Shown here in pieces: positions 1-13,923 of a stretch of DNA of 64,000 bases. The DNA lies in NCBI RefSeq assembly GCF_009834535.1, contig NC_045696.1:68574001-68638000 (forward strand). The letters run 5' to 3'. A model generated the notes under the pieces. That model ran no database searches. It was given only the letters and a program-made list of their open reading frames with translations, and was not told where the DNA came from. The stretch comes from Camelus ferus (taxonomy: Eukaryota). The position numbers and the translations under genes were made by a program. Positions within the stretch are counted from its first letter, which is position 1, and every line of letters begins with the position of its first letter.

Positions 1-150
1 GGGATAAATGGGAGAGGGAAGGAGGAGATAAAGAGGAAGGGAATGAAAAAGTAGGGAGATAGAGGGAGGAAGGGAATTAGGGGATATGGAACAGGAATGA
101 GAGGGTGAGAGAGATGAAGGGAGAAAATTGGGGAATAGAGAAAAAAGAAT
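1..150. repeat. GA-rich low-complexity tract
   Basis: Runs of ggaga/gggaa/agag motifs, strongly purine-rich on the + strand. Confidence 0.8.
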
Positions 151-582
151 GTAGCCATACCTTTTAAAAAAAATAAAATTAAAAATATAGAATCATGCCC
201 ACCATTCTCAGTTAGCAGATACTCTTTCACTGGACACGCAACAGAAGCAAAACAATCCCATGACCTCAAAATCCCACAATTAACCTTGAAGAAGTTAGGG
301 AATTGTTAGCCATGCTGTTAACAAGAACAGCTTCACTTTGAATGTTGCCACCACGCATTATACTTCCTAGATTCTCTCCTCCTCTAAGAGCTTTTCTACT
401 TTTGCTTGGATTTTAGTATCCTATTGGGGAAAGTGGTTTTATTTCCAACTACACTTACACACTTTACTGTAGCAAATATTTGGGGAAATAAAGGATATAA
501 AAATATCCTAGGGATTGCCTATGCAATGACAAAACCAATAGGCAATTTGATGAAAAATTTTAATTAGTCAAACCTGTCTATG

Positions 583-960
583 GATTCTTCAATTCACTTA
601 TTTGCCAAGCACCTGCTAGGTGCAAGACAATGTACACACATGGTGAGAGATACTTTGCCTAGACTCAGATGACACCTGCCCTCAGAAAGGTTTCAAGCTA
701 TTTCAGGATAGGAAACATTTACACAAATAACTATGACACAGGACAAGAAAGGTATAAAATGAGAAGTGATATGGATTGTATAAAAGGGAGATTGGGGCTG
801 AAGAAATTGAGATGACACTTGAATGAACCTTCACAGTCACCGAAATGGGAGAGAAAGCCAGAAGCACTCCAGGTGAAAAAGCACAAGTAAGAATAAAGGT
901 AGAGCAGTGGGGAAGAGAAGAATGCTTGAGGACCAGTGGACAGATTAGTTTGGGAAGACT
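583..960 (-). mobile_element. L2 LINE 3' fragment
   Basis: attcttcaattcacttatttgccaagcacctgctaggtgcaagac...cctgccctcagaaag resembles the antisense L2 3' end. Confidence 0.65.
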
Positions 961-1824
961 CGAATTTTACACACTTTATTGATGGAAAATAACAATTTCA
1001 CTTTTGAGAGAATAGTGGGAGAGAGAATTCGGAGGAGAAAGTCTTATTCTTAAGGATGTTTTTCAGCTTAAATTAAAACTGTGTTAGAAATATTTTTTGT
1101 ATAGTTTTTTTTATAGTTCTCCATTTTTCTGTTTGTATTTACTTTCAAGTTTCCTATTCTAGGATATCTGAGACATTTCCTGGGCTCCACTACTCTTATA
1201 TGAGACAAAGGAATCATACCATTTCCTTTGCAGAGGTACGATAAACAGGTACTCATCCTTTTGCTGGGAGCCAAAGTAATCCTGAAGTGACAGTCTTTCA
1301 GGGGCCTAAAAGGATCACACAAATTTCTGATCCTGAGAAATCTGACTCATGCATACAAATGAGGAAGACAGTCAGAGAAAGAGACTCATTCCACAAATGT
1401 TTATTTAGCAACCATAAGGATTCTGTCCGAGGGATACAGAGATGAGTTATGCACGTGAGGGGCTTACAGTGGGGTCAAGAAGTCAGGTATCATTATAACT
1501 AACCCAGTCAACCCAGGTAAACATGCTTTGGTCGAGGCACCTTGGAAGGAATAATTAGTTTAAGCTGGAGGCAGTGGTACAGCCAGGAAGGCTTCACAGG
1601 GAAAGGGACACTTGGCTCTTGGAGAAGAAGCTGTGGCATGGCCTGAAGTACATGATGTAATGGTGATGCTCAGGTGGTTTCAAAGGAGGATGCTGTGCAC
1701 TGCTTGGCATTTCCTGGGGGCCCTTCTTGGAAAGGCCTCTTGGTGACATCTCTGAATTAGCTTGCCTTTGGCATTGTAAAAATTGATTGCTTTAACAAAA
1801 CTATTTGGCCAGCTTGCCTTTTAT

Positions 1825-2060
1825 ACCTTTCGTTGTGGAGAATTTTAAACGTATACAAAGGAAGACAGAAGAATATAATGGACCTCCATATACCCATCAT
1901 CCAGCTTCAGCAACTATCAACCTGTGGCCAATTTTGTTTTCCCTAAGCCACTATTCTACCTCCTCCTCTTCCATGTTATTTTAAATAAATCCCAGATACC
2001 AGAATATTTTGCCCATTAATATGTCAGTATGTATTTCTATGAGATAAGGACTTCTTAGCA
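1825..2060 (-). mobile_element. Old L1 (L1MC-type) 3' UTR fragment
   Basis: aattttaaacgtatacaaag...cctccatatacccatcatccagcttcagcaactatcaac is typical of L1MC4/5-like 3' ends. Confidence 0.55.
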
Positions 2061-2909
2061 CTATTTTTGTAGTATAATTTGTATTAAAACAATTTAAATT
2101 TCTTTTAATCACTACTTTGATTATGTAAGAAACACATGCTCACTGTAGATAAATCAGAATATACAGATCAACAAAAAGAATAAGAATCTTAAAATCACCT
2201 ATATCCCTCCTACCTAGAGACAGTTCTCATTTTCATTTTGTTATATTAATTCCCAAGCATTTTTCTTGTGTATAAATCAAAATTACTTCACATTTTACAT
2301 AGCATATTTTAACCATTTCTTTTAATCTTAACAGTGTAATCACACAAACACATATAAATACATGCAATAAATTCTCTGTCACTGGGAATTTTGTTTGTTT
2401 TCTAAATTTCCCAAATTTGACTTTTTCTCCATGTTCCTTGGCATTCTATGTTCCTACAGGACTCTGAACTTAAAGTTCTTCACTGCTCTACTTATTCTGT
2501 GCTTGTTTATTTATGAATAAAGCTCTGCTTACTCATAATAGACAGCTTTTCCATTATTTTCAATTCTTAACACTTTAAAAGAAGTATTTGGTATTTAAGT
2601 AAACTTTAAACTTTTTTTTTCAAAGTTCTTGTTAATAAATTAGTTTACCTTTATTTCTCCTTTGTTTTTTCCTTTGTATAAAAGAAAATTAGAAAATAAT
2701 TTTTTCATAAATTAAATTTGTGACAAACTGACCACAGTGATATACACTGAAGGGATTCATTATTTAGTGTTTAATGCATTTTTAATCCAATTCTTGAAAG
2801 ATAATTTTTAAAGTGCAAATTATATCAGTTGATACAGAGCCAGTAAAATTTCTTTCCTCATAATTATGTTCAGAAAGAAATTGTTTTACTACTCCAAATT
2901 TATGTGCAC

Positions 2910-3085
2910 TTTTAAAAACAATTTTACTGAAGTATAATTAGTGTAGAATAAACTGAACTCATTTAAAGTATAAGTTATGAGTTTTGACAGATGTATACAG
3001 TGGTAAAACCATCATCATCATCGAGATATAGGACATTTCCATTACCCCAAAGTTTCCTCATACCCTTCTGTTCCCTCTGTTCTGT
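2910..3085 (-). mobile_element. L1M 3' end fragment
   Basis: ttttactgaagtataatta...gacatttccattaccccaaagtttcctcatacccttctg. Confidence 0.6.
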
Positions 3086-3104
3086 TTTTATTTAATGTTT
3101 CTAA

Positions 3105-4430
3105 AATTTTTCTTAAGACTTTATATTTTAGAGCACTTTTAGGTTGATAGCAAAACTGAGGGGAAGTACAGCGATGTCCTATATGCTCCTTGCCCCCTAC
3201 ACATGCACAGCCTCCCACACCATCAACATCCCCCACCTGTGTGATACACTTGTCACAGTTGATGAACCTGCATTGACACATCATTATCACCCAAGGTGTG
3301 TAGTTTACACTAGGGTTCAGTCTTGGTGTTACACATTCTATACACCTGGACAAATGTATGTGACATGAATCCATTAGTATGGTGCTACATGGACTATTTT
3401 CATGGCTCTAAAAATCCTTTGTCTTCAGCCTATTTATTCTCCCTTTACTACCCCAACTCCTGACAACAACTGATCTTTGTTACTGTCTCCATAGTTTTGC
3501 CTTTTCCAGAATGTCATATAGTGGGAGTCATACAGTATATATAGCCTTTTCAGATTGGTTTCTTTTACTTAGTAATAAGCATTTCTTTCCTCTGTGTCTT
3601 TTTATAGCTTCATAGCTCATTTTTTTTAAAAATCAAAGTATAGTTAGTTGATTTTCAATGTTGTGTTAGTTTCTGTTGTACAGAATAGTAATTCAGTTGT
3701 ATGTATATATGTTCTTTTTCATTATAGGTTATTACAAGCTATTTAATATAGTTCTCTGTGCTATACAGTAGGACCTTGTTGTTTATCTATTCTGTATATA
3801 GTAGTTTGTATCTGCTAATCCCAAACTTCTAATTTATCTCTCCACTTCCTTTGCACTTTGGTAACTGTAAATTTATGGTGAATCTAAAAAAAGACACAGA
3901 TAACACATTTCTTTTTAGTGCTGAATAATGTTCTGTTGTCTGTAATGTACCAAAGTTTATTTATCAACTCACCTACTAAAGAACATCTTGGTTGCTTCCA
4001 AGTTTTGGTAGTTATGAATAAAACTGTTATAAACATCTATGAGTACCCCTCTCTGTGGACTAAACTTTGAACTCCTTTGAGTAAATACCAAGGAGCACTC
4101 TTATTAACAAGGAATGAGAGTTCCTCTTGTACCACAAACTTATCAGCATTTGCAGCACTTAGCACTCCAGATTTTGGCCATTCTAATAGGTGTATAGTGG
4201 AAATTTCCTATAATTTGCATTTCTCTAATGACTTATGGTGTGGAGTATCTTTCCATATGCTTATTTTCCATCTGTTTATCTTCTTTGGTGGGGTGTCAAT
4301 GTCTTTGCCCATTTTTTAAATCAGTTGTTTTCTTACTGTTGAATTTTAAGAGTTCTTTGTGTATTTTGGATAATAGTCCTTTATCAAATGTGTGCTTTGC
4401 AAATATGTTTGCAAATATGTTATCACAATC
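3105..4430 (-). mobile_element. L1MC1-like 3' region, interrupted by a younger L1 at ~3620-3902
   Basis: aagactttatatttttagagcacttttagg...gatgaacctgcattgacacatcattatcacccaa; continues after 3903 with catcttggttgcttccaagttttgg and ccattctaataggtgtatagtgg. Confidence 0.75.
3620..3902 (-). mobile_element. Cetartiodactyl-type L1 3' end, 5'-truncated, with a short inverted 5' piece
   Basis: Poly-T, then tatagttctctgtgctatacagtaggaccttgttgtttatctatt...ctgctaatcccaaac; degenerate TSD tagctcattt/taacacattt. Confidence 0.75.
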
Positions 4431-6559
4431 AAATTTATGTGGTTTATATTATCTTGAAGTAATTTGTCTCTACAATTATGTCATCAATAGATGTAGAGTA
4501 GTTTCATTTATTTTGTTGTTTTCAATTTAATTTATTTAAAAAATTAAATGTTATTTTAAAACCATATATTTGTATAGCACTAAAGTCAAGTCTACAAGTA
4601 AAATATATTCAAAGGAGTCTACCTTTTAGCACCATTGCTCCCTCAATACCACTTATCCTTATGGTTAACATTTTTTTAATGTTTACTTATGTTTAAATAG
4701 AAAAATAATCATCCAAAATCATGATAAGGATTGTGATAGTGACAGTAGTAGTAGTAATAGTATTGAATTATAGAAATGCTTCTTAAATTTATATAGGGTG
4801 TTAAAATTGATACGTTTTCATCCCACCCATTATATTCTTTGCAGAATGACTCTCTGGGAACAAATGCTATTTCCATTTTATAAATATTTGAATTGGTTTA
4901 AAAATGGAAATTAACTGGCCAGCTCATGGAACTCATGACTTTCTGAACAAGAGCTGGTCCCAGTCTTCTGGTTACTCAGTCCAGTGCACCTCCTGTCACA
5001 TCATACTCTTTGTCCATTGTCTCTTCAGCTACTGTACCTTATGCAAGTGGAAAGGAAAGAATCATGGATCTTAGATTTTAACAAAGCTGTATCTGAATTC
5101 CAGTTTTACCAATTCTTAGAAATTTTGCTATTTTGGGAAAAGTAAATTGTGTGATATCTCTGGGGTTTAATTTTCACTTCTGGGAAAAGGGGGATTGCAG
5201 GGGCTAAATGAGGTACTGTGACATGGTGGGCCACATAAGACTATACCTGCCCCAGCCTGCTCAGCCAGGAAGCACTCATAGTGAGACAGAAGGTATATGG
5301 TAATGGATCACAGTTCTGCCCGACGGTGAGAGTTTCAGCTCAGATACAATCAAAAGTCATTCTTCCTGCTAAAATGATAAGGAGTGCAACACTTTTCTCT
5401 TTAAGTAGCAACTGGGCGGAGCACTTAGGAATAGGATCCAGTACACAGATATGAATGCACAGAGAGACACTGAGTCACTATGCTTCAAAACCTCCATTTA
5501 GAAGTCATTCACAGGGTAGTAATTAATTAGTGACATGGGTTTTATGGGAAAAAAATTAGAGGGAATCAAAGCTTCCAAAGTATTTTGAGCAAACCCATAA
5601 GCAAAACTTAGGACCATTTCTGCTAATCAAAATAAAGTTTCTTCTTTTGAAGAACCTTGTCATTTCATTGCAGAATGTGTAGCAGAGGGCAGTTTGGGGG
5701 ACACCAAGACAACTAATGATACAACATGAATTATTCCAGAAGCAGCAGAATCAGGACAAATAAGCATCTTCTTTTAGCCTCACTATTACCTATTTCTTTG
5801 TGATGAAGGATCAGAAATGAATGCCAGGAACACATTGTATCCAAATTTACATTTCAGTAAATCTTACAGAAAAAGTACATAGTTTTTAATTCTTTGAGTC
5901 AGTTTGGTCAGTCTCAATTAAATTTTTCTTTTTCTTTATAAAGTCCTGAGATAAAAAGTCTCCAGGGCATAGATATAGTTATATATTGAGACTTGCTGGG
6001 GGGCAGTCCAAATTTGACTGTTTTATTTAATTACCCAGAGAAAGGTGGCATTAGATAGCTATACTCAGGGAAAGTTGACTAAGCCAGGGTTATTTCTGTC
6101 TTACTGAGCATCAAACCTGACACATTGTTTCCTCATCTTCCCTTTCCTTCTAAGCATACAAAAAAAAAAAAAAAAGTTTCTTTAGACACCATGTTTAAGG
6201 GTCCTGTAGTTAGAGGGTGTGCAGAAGGTGATGCAGCCACATCACACTACCTTATACCTGTACTGATGGTTCCATATTACTTCTGCCATGAGACATAGGA
6301 TATGTTGCAGACCTAGCCACTTAACATGAGGTTAGGTTAGTTAAAAAACCTTCACCTGAATGTTCTTGCCTTCTTGGTCCTTCAGGCGCACATAAACCTC
6401 TAAGAGGCCATCCTCTTACAAGTGTCAACTTGTTTAGCCCTGTCTCGTAGCCAGTCCACCCCTTTTGTCCGCATATGGTCCGCTGTTAGATCTCTGCTCT
6501 ATAGAAACAGATTTTCAGCTATTCCTGCCTATTTCCAGATTTAAAGCCCAGCATACCTG

Positions 6560-6740
6560 GGACTTAGACTCCCTTTTCCACCTCCCAACCCTGCTCCAGC
6601 TTCTCTTCCTGGATTCCCTTCTAAGTGAACGGCACCAGTGTTCATCCAGCCACTTGAGTCTGCTTGACTCTCCCAGTTCTACGCAGTCACTAAATATTTT
6701 CAAACTTCTCTCAAGTCTGTCACCTTCTCTCCTTCCTACT
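6560..6740 (+). mobile_element. L2 LINE, left half (interrupted by the duplicated segment)
   Basis: cctgctccagcttctcttcctggattcccttctaagtgaacggcaccag...caccttctctccttcctact resembles the L2 consensus. Confidence 0.6.
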
Positions 6741-6757
6741 TTTTTTTTTTTCTTAAT

Positions 6758-7172
6758 TGATTTCCTTTTAAACCAAAGAAAATGGGGTTTGGAAGATGCT
6801 TTCATTAGTAGAACTGACTTAGCTTTTTTTGAAATATACAAAAAAAAAAAAAAAAAAAGACACTCCTAAAACCCTTAAGTTTTGTTAGAAAGGAACAACC
6901 AATGATGCTGCGAAATGGCTCAAGGGTGTAGTTGCTCTAGGTTTCCCCTCCTCCCTCCAGCCCTCCACCTCCTCTAACTCAGTGTCACTCTCATCCCACA
7001 GGGCATGAAACACGCCCCCCCCCCCTTCACTCAGGCAATGACCTTGTGCACCTGGCCCGACTCCTGAGAGTCCGAAGATGAGGCACCTTCCACAGTCACA
7101 GATGCAGCAGTGTGACTACAGAATTGACAGAGCTAAGGAGAAAATCTACCAGGAGGCAGCATATGGCAAACT
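6758..7172 (-). repeat. Inverted copy (arm A) of the unique segment 15755-16140
   Basis: Manual alignment to the reverse complement of 15755-16140, ~85% identity with homopolymer-length indels. Confidence 0.95.
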
Positions 7173-7780
7173 AGCTCTCCTAGTCTACACACCTGCCATG
7201 CCTTACCTGGACCTCAGCAGTGCCTCCTGGTCCCTCCATGGTTACTCAGTCCATTGTCCACACTGAAACCAGAGTGACTGTCTAAAGCTTTAATCTGATA
7301 ATGCTGCTCCCCATGGTTAATGTCTCTTCGTTTTCTTTAAAGTCTAAGTCTCTTAAACTTCCTATGATCTTTAATAATCCAGCCTTTTCTTACTGCTGCA
7401 CCAGCATCTCTCATCATTTGCTGCCTCCAATTTTCATTTTACCCATTAAATAACTAACAATCCTTGAATGTTTCATGTTCTCTTTTACTTTTAGGACTTG
7501 GTGGAAATTGTTCTGTCTTCCTCAACTGCTGTCCCCCTCTGTCTGCTTCTTGTGCCATCACTTCTTTAGTGAAGCCCTCCCTGACATCTCAAATCTGGAT
7601 TAAGTCCTCCTCCCCTCTTCCTCAGCCCTTAGTAGTACTGATTACACTATACTATAACTGCCTATTTACTTCTGCCTCCTCAAATGAGACTGTGAGCAGC
7701 TTGAGGGCAGGGACTGCCTACTGCCTGTCACAGGGCATGATACCTTGTCGGGTGCCCAAGGAGATTTGTTGAATATTTGT
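7173..7780 (+). mobile_element. L2 LINE, right half to the 3' end
   Basis: cctagtctacacacctgccatgccttacctggac...tccattgtccacactgaaaccagagtgac...ctgtgagcagcttgagggcaggga...atttgttgaat. Confidence 0.7.
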
Positions 7781-10194
7781 AGCCATTAATACTAATTTTT
7801 TATTTAGTGTCACTATTAACTCTTCTAACACCTCTGCTCTTACCACAGTGGCTGACATGTTAGGCACTCAGAACAGTTAACTACCTTAAGCAGTCATCTA
7901 TCATCTATTATGTCTCTGATAAATTGCAGTGCCCTTTTGTAAATATGATTTAATTTAATCCTATCAACCTTCCCACCTTGAAGTAGGTTTTATTATCCTC
8001 AACTAAAAGATTTTTAAAAAACTAAGGCTCAGAAACTTTAAATGGTTTTTTCATAGTCAAATTATTATCAGGAATTGTGTTCAAGCCCAGCTTCTCTTTC
8101 CAGTTGAAGTAAGTATATAAGTCTAAGAATAAGGGAAGAATAATATGCAGCTTCCAAACTCTCTGTCCAGTCTTCCCTTTATCAGATTTGTTTAAAGAAA
8201 AATAACTTAATGTCTTTGCTACACATTTTCCCAGTAAAAACTAAGAGAAAAGGTCTTAATACTAGGGATATAGAAGAACACTTATTTCCAATGCATATCT
8301 GTGAAGTCTATCAAAATGGAATGTAACTCTGAGAAGCAAATGACAACCCTTGTATGAGCAAATCTTTATCTGCAGGTGTTTGATAGGCCTGAGAGTCAAC
8401 ACAGAAAAATGATATAAAATCACAGAATTTTTAATCAGTGCATCAGACTGGAAAAAGAATGATGTGGATAATGATCATGACTGTCTCCTGACTGGAATAT
8501 AGAATGCTTACGTTTTCACAGTCAAGTTAGACAGATTAGTATGTGTAGACGGATTAAATGGCTGTCTATCTGATATTGTTGGAAAGGTGAAGTAAAGGCA
8601 TCTCTGAATAAATACTTCTCACCTAAAACATTATCTAAAATTCTACTATGAGAGAACCCAGGCAAACATTCTTTTGGGCAGAGAGTTTATATAAGAAATC
8701 CTGATATAACACCCCCAGGAGGTCATGTAACAGGAAAAGCATCTTGGCTTTTGAAATCTGCTTTCTGTCTCTGATGATTACTTGTCCTATGAGCTGGGCA
8801 AGTGACTCTTGCAACACACCAACAGGGCTTTTTTCTCCTCTGTAAAATGAGGAGTAGGAGCACATGGCCTCTGCATCCCCTCAGCATTACCATTGCTGTG
8901 GATCTAGGGGTAATCAGTGATCGTATCACCGCACGAAGGCTGACCTATCTCTAATTCCTCCCCTCCTGGATTCCTATATTCTCTCCAAATACTATCAGTG
9001 CTGGGTGGACCACTGGACAGCCAGGAGTTGGCAGTATATTTGTGAAAGTTATATAAATCAGGGAAATCCCAATTATTCCTATTTATTTCTCATCATCTTT
9101 TTTTTTTTTTTTCTTGGCATCTGACATGGATTTCTAGAGTACGTATCCAGGTAGAAAGCATTCCTGGTTTTTACTGAGCCCTAGTTTCATCTTTATTAAA
9201 ATGAAAATACATATTATGTACTTAGTCTCCTTTGCAGACTTCTTTTGCCTTGCCTTGAGTTATGTGAGGTTTTAATGGGCATTTAAGATAGTGTTTAACA
9301 GGATGCCTGGCACAATTAGGCAGTTCAGGAATTTAGTTTTGCATCCCTAATTTTGCTTTTCCAGCTGCAGGATCAAGTAAAACCAACATACCCATCCTTA
9401 GACCAAACTTGGCCTATACAACATGCAGCATCTGACTTTTAATGGTTCCTCATGCCTGGAGAAGTAAACCAATAATATTCTTCTGAGTCAACCACCTCTC
9501 AGTAAACATGGTTCCTTTTGCAGAGCCTGATTTCCCTTATATGTGTGAAAGTGAGGCAGCATCTAATTAGAGCGAGGTTGCCTTAACGAGAAGTTGCTTC
9601 TCATTAAGACTCTCATCCTTGAATTGCCTTCCCTGATCTGGAGACACCCACTTAGCCAAGACTCCCATTGCTGCTTCCTGCCACTAAGAAATCATAAATG
9701 ACTAGAGGGTTAAATGGTTAGATGGTCTGACAATGATGTCAGTTGCTGTAACTGATTTCATGTGACAGCCAATTATAACATTCATTCAGAAGAAAATAAA
9801 GAAGCCTGTTGTCATAGTAGTGGTTGGCTCCGAGCAGGATGCATACCTCCAATTGATGCATGTGCCAAATATCAACTTGTTGGGTACACTCTAGGAATAA
9901 TTGAGACTGTACTTCAGGGAGAAAAAAAATTTGATATGGACAGTGTTTTCCATGCTTGTGCCACAGTGCCTCCCCTCTGTACAACCATGATGTCCCTCTG
10001 ATTTCTAATTCCTCTTGCAAGAATGTTGCCTTTCAGGGATTTTTACACTTGTTAGGTACATTGTGTGAAATCGATGCTGTGGGGGACACACACAGCAGCG
10101 GCGATGGTGGGGATGCTGTGTGATGGTAGTCAAAAGCTGCACCTGCCAAGGCAGCAATAGCCTGCGACAAGCAGAAACCTCATCACACAGCAAC

Positions 10195-10410
10195 TCCTAG
10201 CTGGACAGACCTGGGTTTGAATCCTGATTCCTCCAATCTATAGCTTTAAGACCTTGGGCAAGTTGTTTCATCACTCCAAGCATTATTCTCCTCATCTTTA
10301 AAATGAGACTATTAAAACTCCCTACCTTATGCAGTCACTATGAGGATTAAATGAGGTGGTCTGTAAAGTGCTTGGCATGGGGTAACCACTCGGTGAATCG
10401 TGGCTACTGT
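10195..10410 (+). mobile_element. MIR SINE
   Basis: cagacctgggtttgaatcctga...gaccttgggcaagtt...cctcatctttaaaatgag...gaggattaaatgag. Confidence 0.8.
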
Positions 10411-11979
10411 CCTCTTGACAGGGGTGAGGGTAATAATACTGTGGTGTCCTCAATACTTTCACAAGTCCACAAACTGAGAAAGAAAATTGGAATGTGGATT
10501 TGGCCCCCAAATCCAGTCCCTTTAAGCCTGAGGAAATATTGTGATCTGGATTTTTCTGTTTTTGTCCCCAATCTTCCTAATTCAAGACAGCTTCCTCAGA
10601 GAACATTTGGTAAAAATGGTGGGTTGAAAACATGTATGTTGTTTTGCTCCAGTCCCAAATTCTATTTAAACAACAGTGAAGAGAGGTATCTTAAGAGGAA
10701 AAAATCCATAGGACTAGAGAAAGTAAAGAGACAGAGTTGCAAGCAATGAAATTTCAGGAAGTGAAATGCAAATAAATGAGTGCTAATTAACATAGCAGCC
10801 CAGGAAAAGCTGAATCTTAAGCCAGCACTGGTAAAAGTGGAAAAAGAACCCATTTACATGCAGAACCCCTCAAAAAATGAATTCACACCAAGTACCTCAG
10901 GACTTTGGAGTGAATAGGCTTGCTTACATGTCTGTTTATGACATAGTTAAATCTCTAGATCCCCTCCCTCAAGTGTACACCTTCCCCACTGTGGTAGAAG
11001 ACTGGAAATGTATTCTCTGGATAGAATAAAACAGTTGCTCCCTGGACTAGAGGATCCTGGGCACAGTTGACAGTAGGGTACCATAATGAAAACAAGGACG
11101 AGAAAATATGTGTATTCAGCTGGGAAGAGTGTTTGTATAGGTGTAATAAAAAACAGAACACTGACCTAAACCAAGTTAGGATGTAACTGTCATGAGAATA
11201 TTTGGGTAGGCTGAAAGGATGTGTATATCTGATAATGGAAGAGGGAGAAAACTGAAAAATCAAGACGTAGTAATATCTAGAATAAATACAAGACAAAACA
11301 AAAACCTAGCTGAAATAATTAAAAGCAGTTGACTCTAAGGAGGGGACCATATAAGGTTGGAGGAGTGGAGGACTACTCCTTTCTGAAACAAATCTTGTGG
11401 AATCATCTACTCTAAATGTAAATGTGTAACTGATTAAAACAAGCACATAAACTAAAAAGCAGGAGTAAACCTTCTCAAATGGACGTGAGCTCTCTGCCTG
11501 TGGACTTCTCTGACTCTAACAGGTTTCTGGGCAAGCCCAAAACACAGTATATTTTCCTCACCCATCACAGGAAGAGTGTGAAAGAGGATGTGTTTGGGAA
11601 TGTAGTTGCACTTACCTACCCTATTAGAGTGACCAATGTTTAAGAACAGTCACAGTTTTTATAAATGCAAATCCCACACAATTTTTCCTAAGTATTTTCC
11701 CCTTGCAGCTTACCAAGGGATTCCTAGGTAGCTGCATCTCGACTGAGTCACTGGGCACTAAAAACCTGCCAACACAGACAGGAAGTAGTCAGGAGAAACA
11801 TCCAGTCACTGATAGGATGGCGGTTAGCAAGGTGCTAACAGCCAGTAGTCAGCAGTACGTAAATAATCACAATAAGAACTATGCACATGAGTGTAAAACT
11901 TCTAATTTATGAAAGACATCCTTAAAAAATGCATGCCCTCATTGTGTCTATTTAATAAGATACTCAAGTATAAGTATCC

Positions 11980-12232
11980 TGAGTCAACAACCCCATCTAG
12001 GCTCCCAGCCGATAGGCAGGATGAACTGCAAGGCACGTAAGCCACACCTTGGATGTCCAGCCCATTGAGCCAGGTATGCCAAGCCCGACTTCTATCTGAC
12101 TGCAACCCCGTGAGTCCCCCAGGTGAGAATCACCCAGCTGAGCCAAGTTAGTCCAAAGAACGATGAAAGATAATAATACAGTTTTGTTTTAAGCCACTAA
12201 GAGTTGGGGCAGCAACAAATAAACACTACACA
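11980..12232 (+). mobile_element. MaLR MLT1-type LTR fragment
   Basis: ccttggatgtccagccc...cacccagctgagcc...gttttgttttaagccactaagagttgggg. Confidence 0.7.
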
Positions 12233-12974
12233 GATGATCCACATCAGCCCCCTCATTTACCAAAACAGGGGGTGGCTTGGCCAATGTCTCAGAGCAGAGC
12301 GATGGCTGAGTCAGGACCAGACTCAGGCTTCCAGACCTTGAGGCTATGGGTTCATCACCAGAGACATTTAATCTATACTAAATGCTGCCAATACTTTCTT
12401 CTCCCCTTCTTCCTCCTCCCCTTCTCTTCTTGTAACTTTTTATTTTGATATTTCAGACTTACAGAAAACTTCAAGTACAAGAGACTCCCATATACTCCTC
12501 ACCACGATGCACCAATTGTTCGCATTTTACCTCATTTGCCAATGTTCTTTCAAAGAGAACATTATTCCACGGGGAGGCTGCCCACAATGCTGATTCCCGC
12601 CGAGTGGTTAGTCACTGCTCAGATCATCCCAGCAGGACTGAGAGTAGGGATGGACACCTGGGAGTGAGTTGGGACTAGGAGGAAAAGCTGTGGAGAAAAG
12701 GGAACTGTTAAACAAGGAGAAAGGGCACAGAGAAGGGAGAGCAGAATCACGCCAGACCAGTGTATTCCCACCAGACATTCCTGGGGGCAGTCCCTTAACT
12801 GGCCTGACGTACTGAGTCCATGCTGAACTTGAAGTCAGAAGGCACAGGTTTGAACCTTGCTACTAGTTGTATGACTTACAGTGACTTTCCTTCTTGCCTC
12901 TGGGCTTTGGTTTTAGCTTTCTTTATAAACCAGATTAAATAAGCCAATGCATGTGAACTGGCTGAGTGAATGGT

Positions 12975-13155
12975 GCTAAGGAAAGGAATTTTAGTCATCT
13001 GTATCTGATAGAATCATTTGGCAAGCTTTTTAAAATGTTGGTGCTATGGCCCCATCTTCAGAAATTCTTATTTAGATGATCTGGGGTCCAGGTACCATAG
13101 TATTTTAGAACTCCTGGAAAGCTGTTAATGTGCTGCCAAGGTTGAGAGCCACTGG
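12975..13155. mobile_element. MER5-type hAT-Charlie DNA transposon
   Basis: agaatcatttggcaagctttttaaaat...tgctgccaaggttgagagccactg. Confidence 0.65.
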
Positions 13156-13754
13156 GATAGAAAACAATGCCTTTGTCCAGGGTAGGCTGACACTCTTGGA
13201 CCCTCCTGGCCTAGATGTCCTCCGCCATGGCCCCTTTCTCACTTCTGCTACCAGTCTCCTCACCAAAGTAAAACCTCACAATTAGGTATCCTCCATTCTA
13301 AGCCTGGTGTGCTTCACTGTTATTTAGTCATCTCATTTCTGCATTGTCCATTTCTGCATCCTTAATAATTTATGCTGGAAAGATTTCTTCCCGGAAGTAA
13401 TTCCTTGCAGATTCTCAGTCTCTCTTTTCCTAGTCAGAGTTTAGCCTTTGTGCACAGGTTTTCTGTCTTCACAGCAGAGCTCAACAGCTGTCGTTCTTCT
13501 CTACTAGCTCTTTATGCACCTAATTGCTACCATACAGATCTAGGTAATTTGGCAGGAATTGTGACTCATATGCAAATACCTCTGAAAAGAAGTGTGGGAA
13601 GGATTTTATATTCCTTGGTGGTCTCAGGGCAAAAGAATAATTTCCCAGATGAGTATGACTCTTCTTTTATTATAACATTTTTTTCTGGTACATTTATTTC
13701 CTATTTTTACTACAAATATCCCAGAGATGAACTACTTACTTCATTTTGCAGTTT

Positions 13755-13923
13755 AAATCCTTCCTTACTTCCTTTCCTTCTTCCTACTTTCCTACATTCC
13801 TTCCTCCCTCCCTCCTTTCCTTCTTTCCTTCCTTCCTTTTTTCCTTCCTTCTCCCTCCCTCCCTTCCTCCCTCCCTCCCTCCCTCCCCTCCTCCTCCTTC
13901 CTTCACACCTCCCTTCTGCCTTC
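13755..13923. repeat. (CCTT/CCTC)n pyrimidine tract, resuming at 14379-14440
   Basis: Directly visible. Confidence 0.9.

Noticed and set aside
3042..3374. 110-aa minus-strand ORF
   Set aside because: Lies in the L1MC 3' UTR; a common spurious translation
7100..7120. CAGTGT near a hairpin, suggesting an iron-responsive element
   Set aside because: CAGUGU is not an apical loop closed by a 5-bp stem, so it lacks IRE geometry
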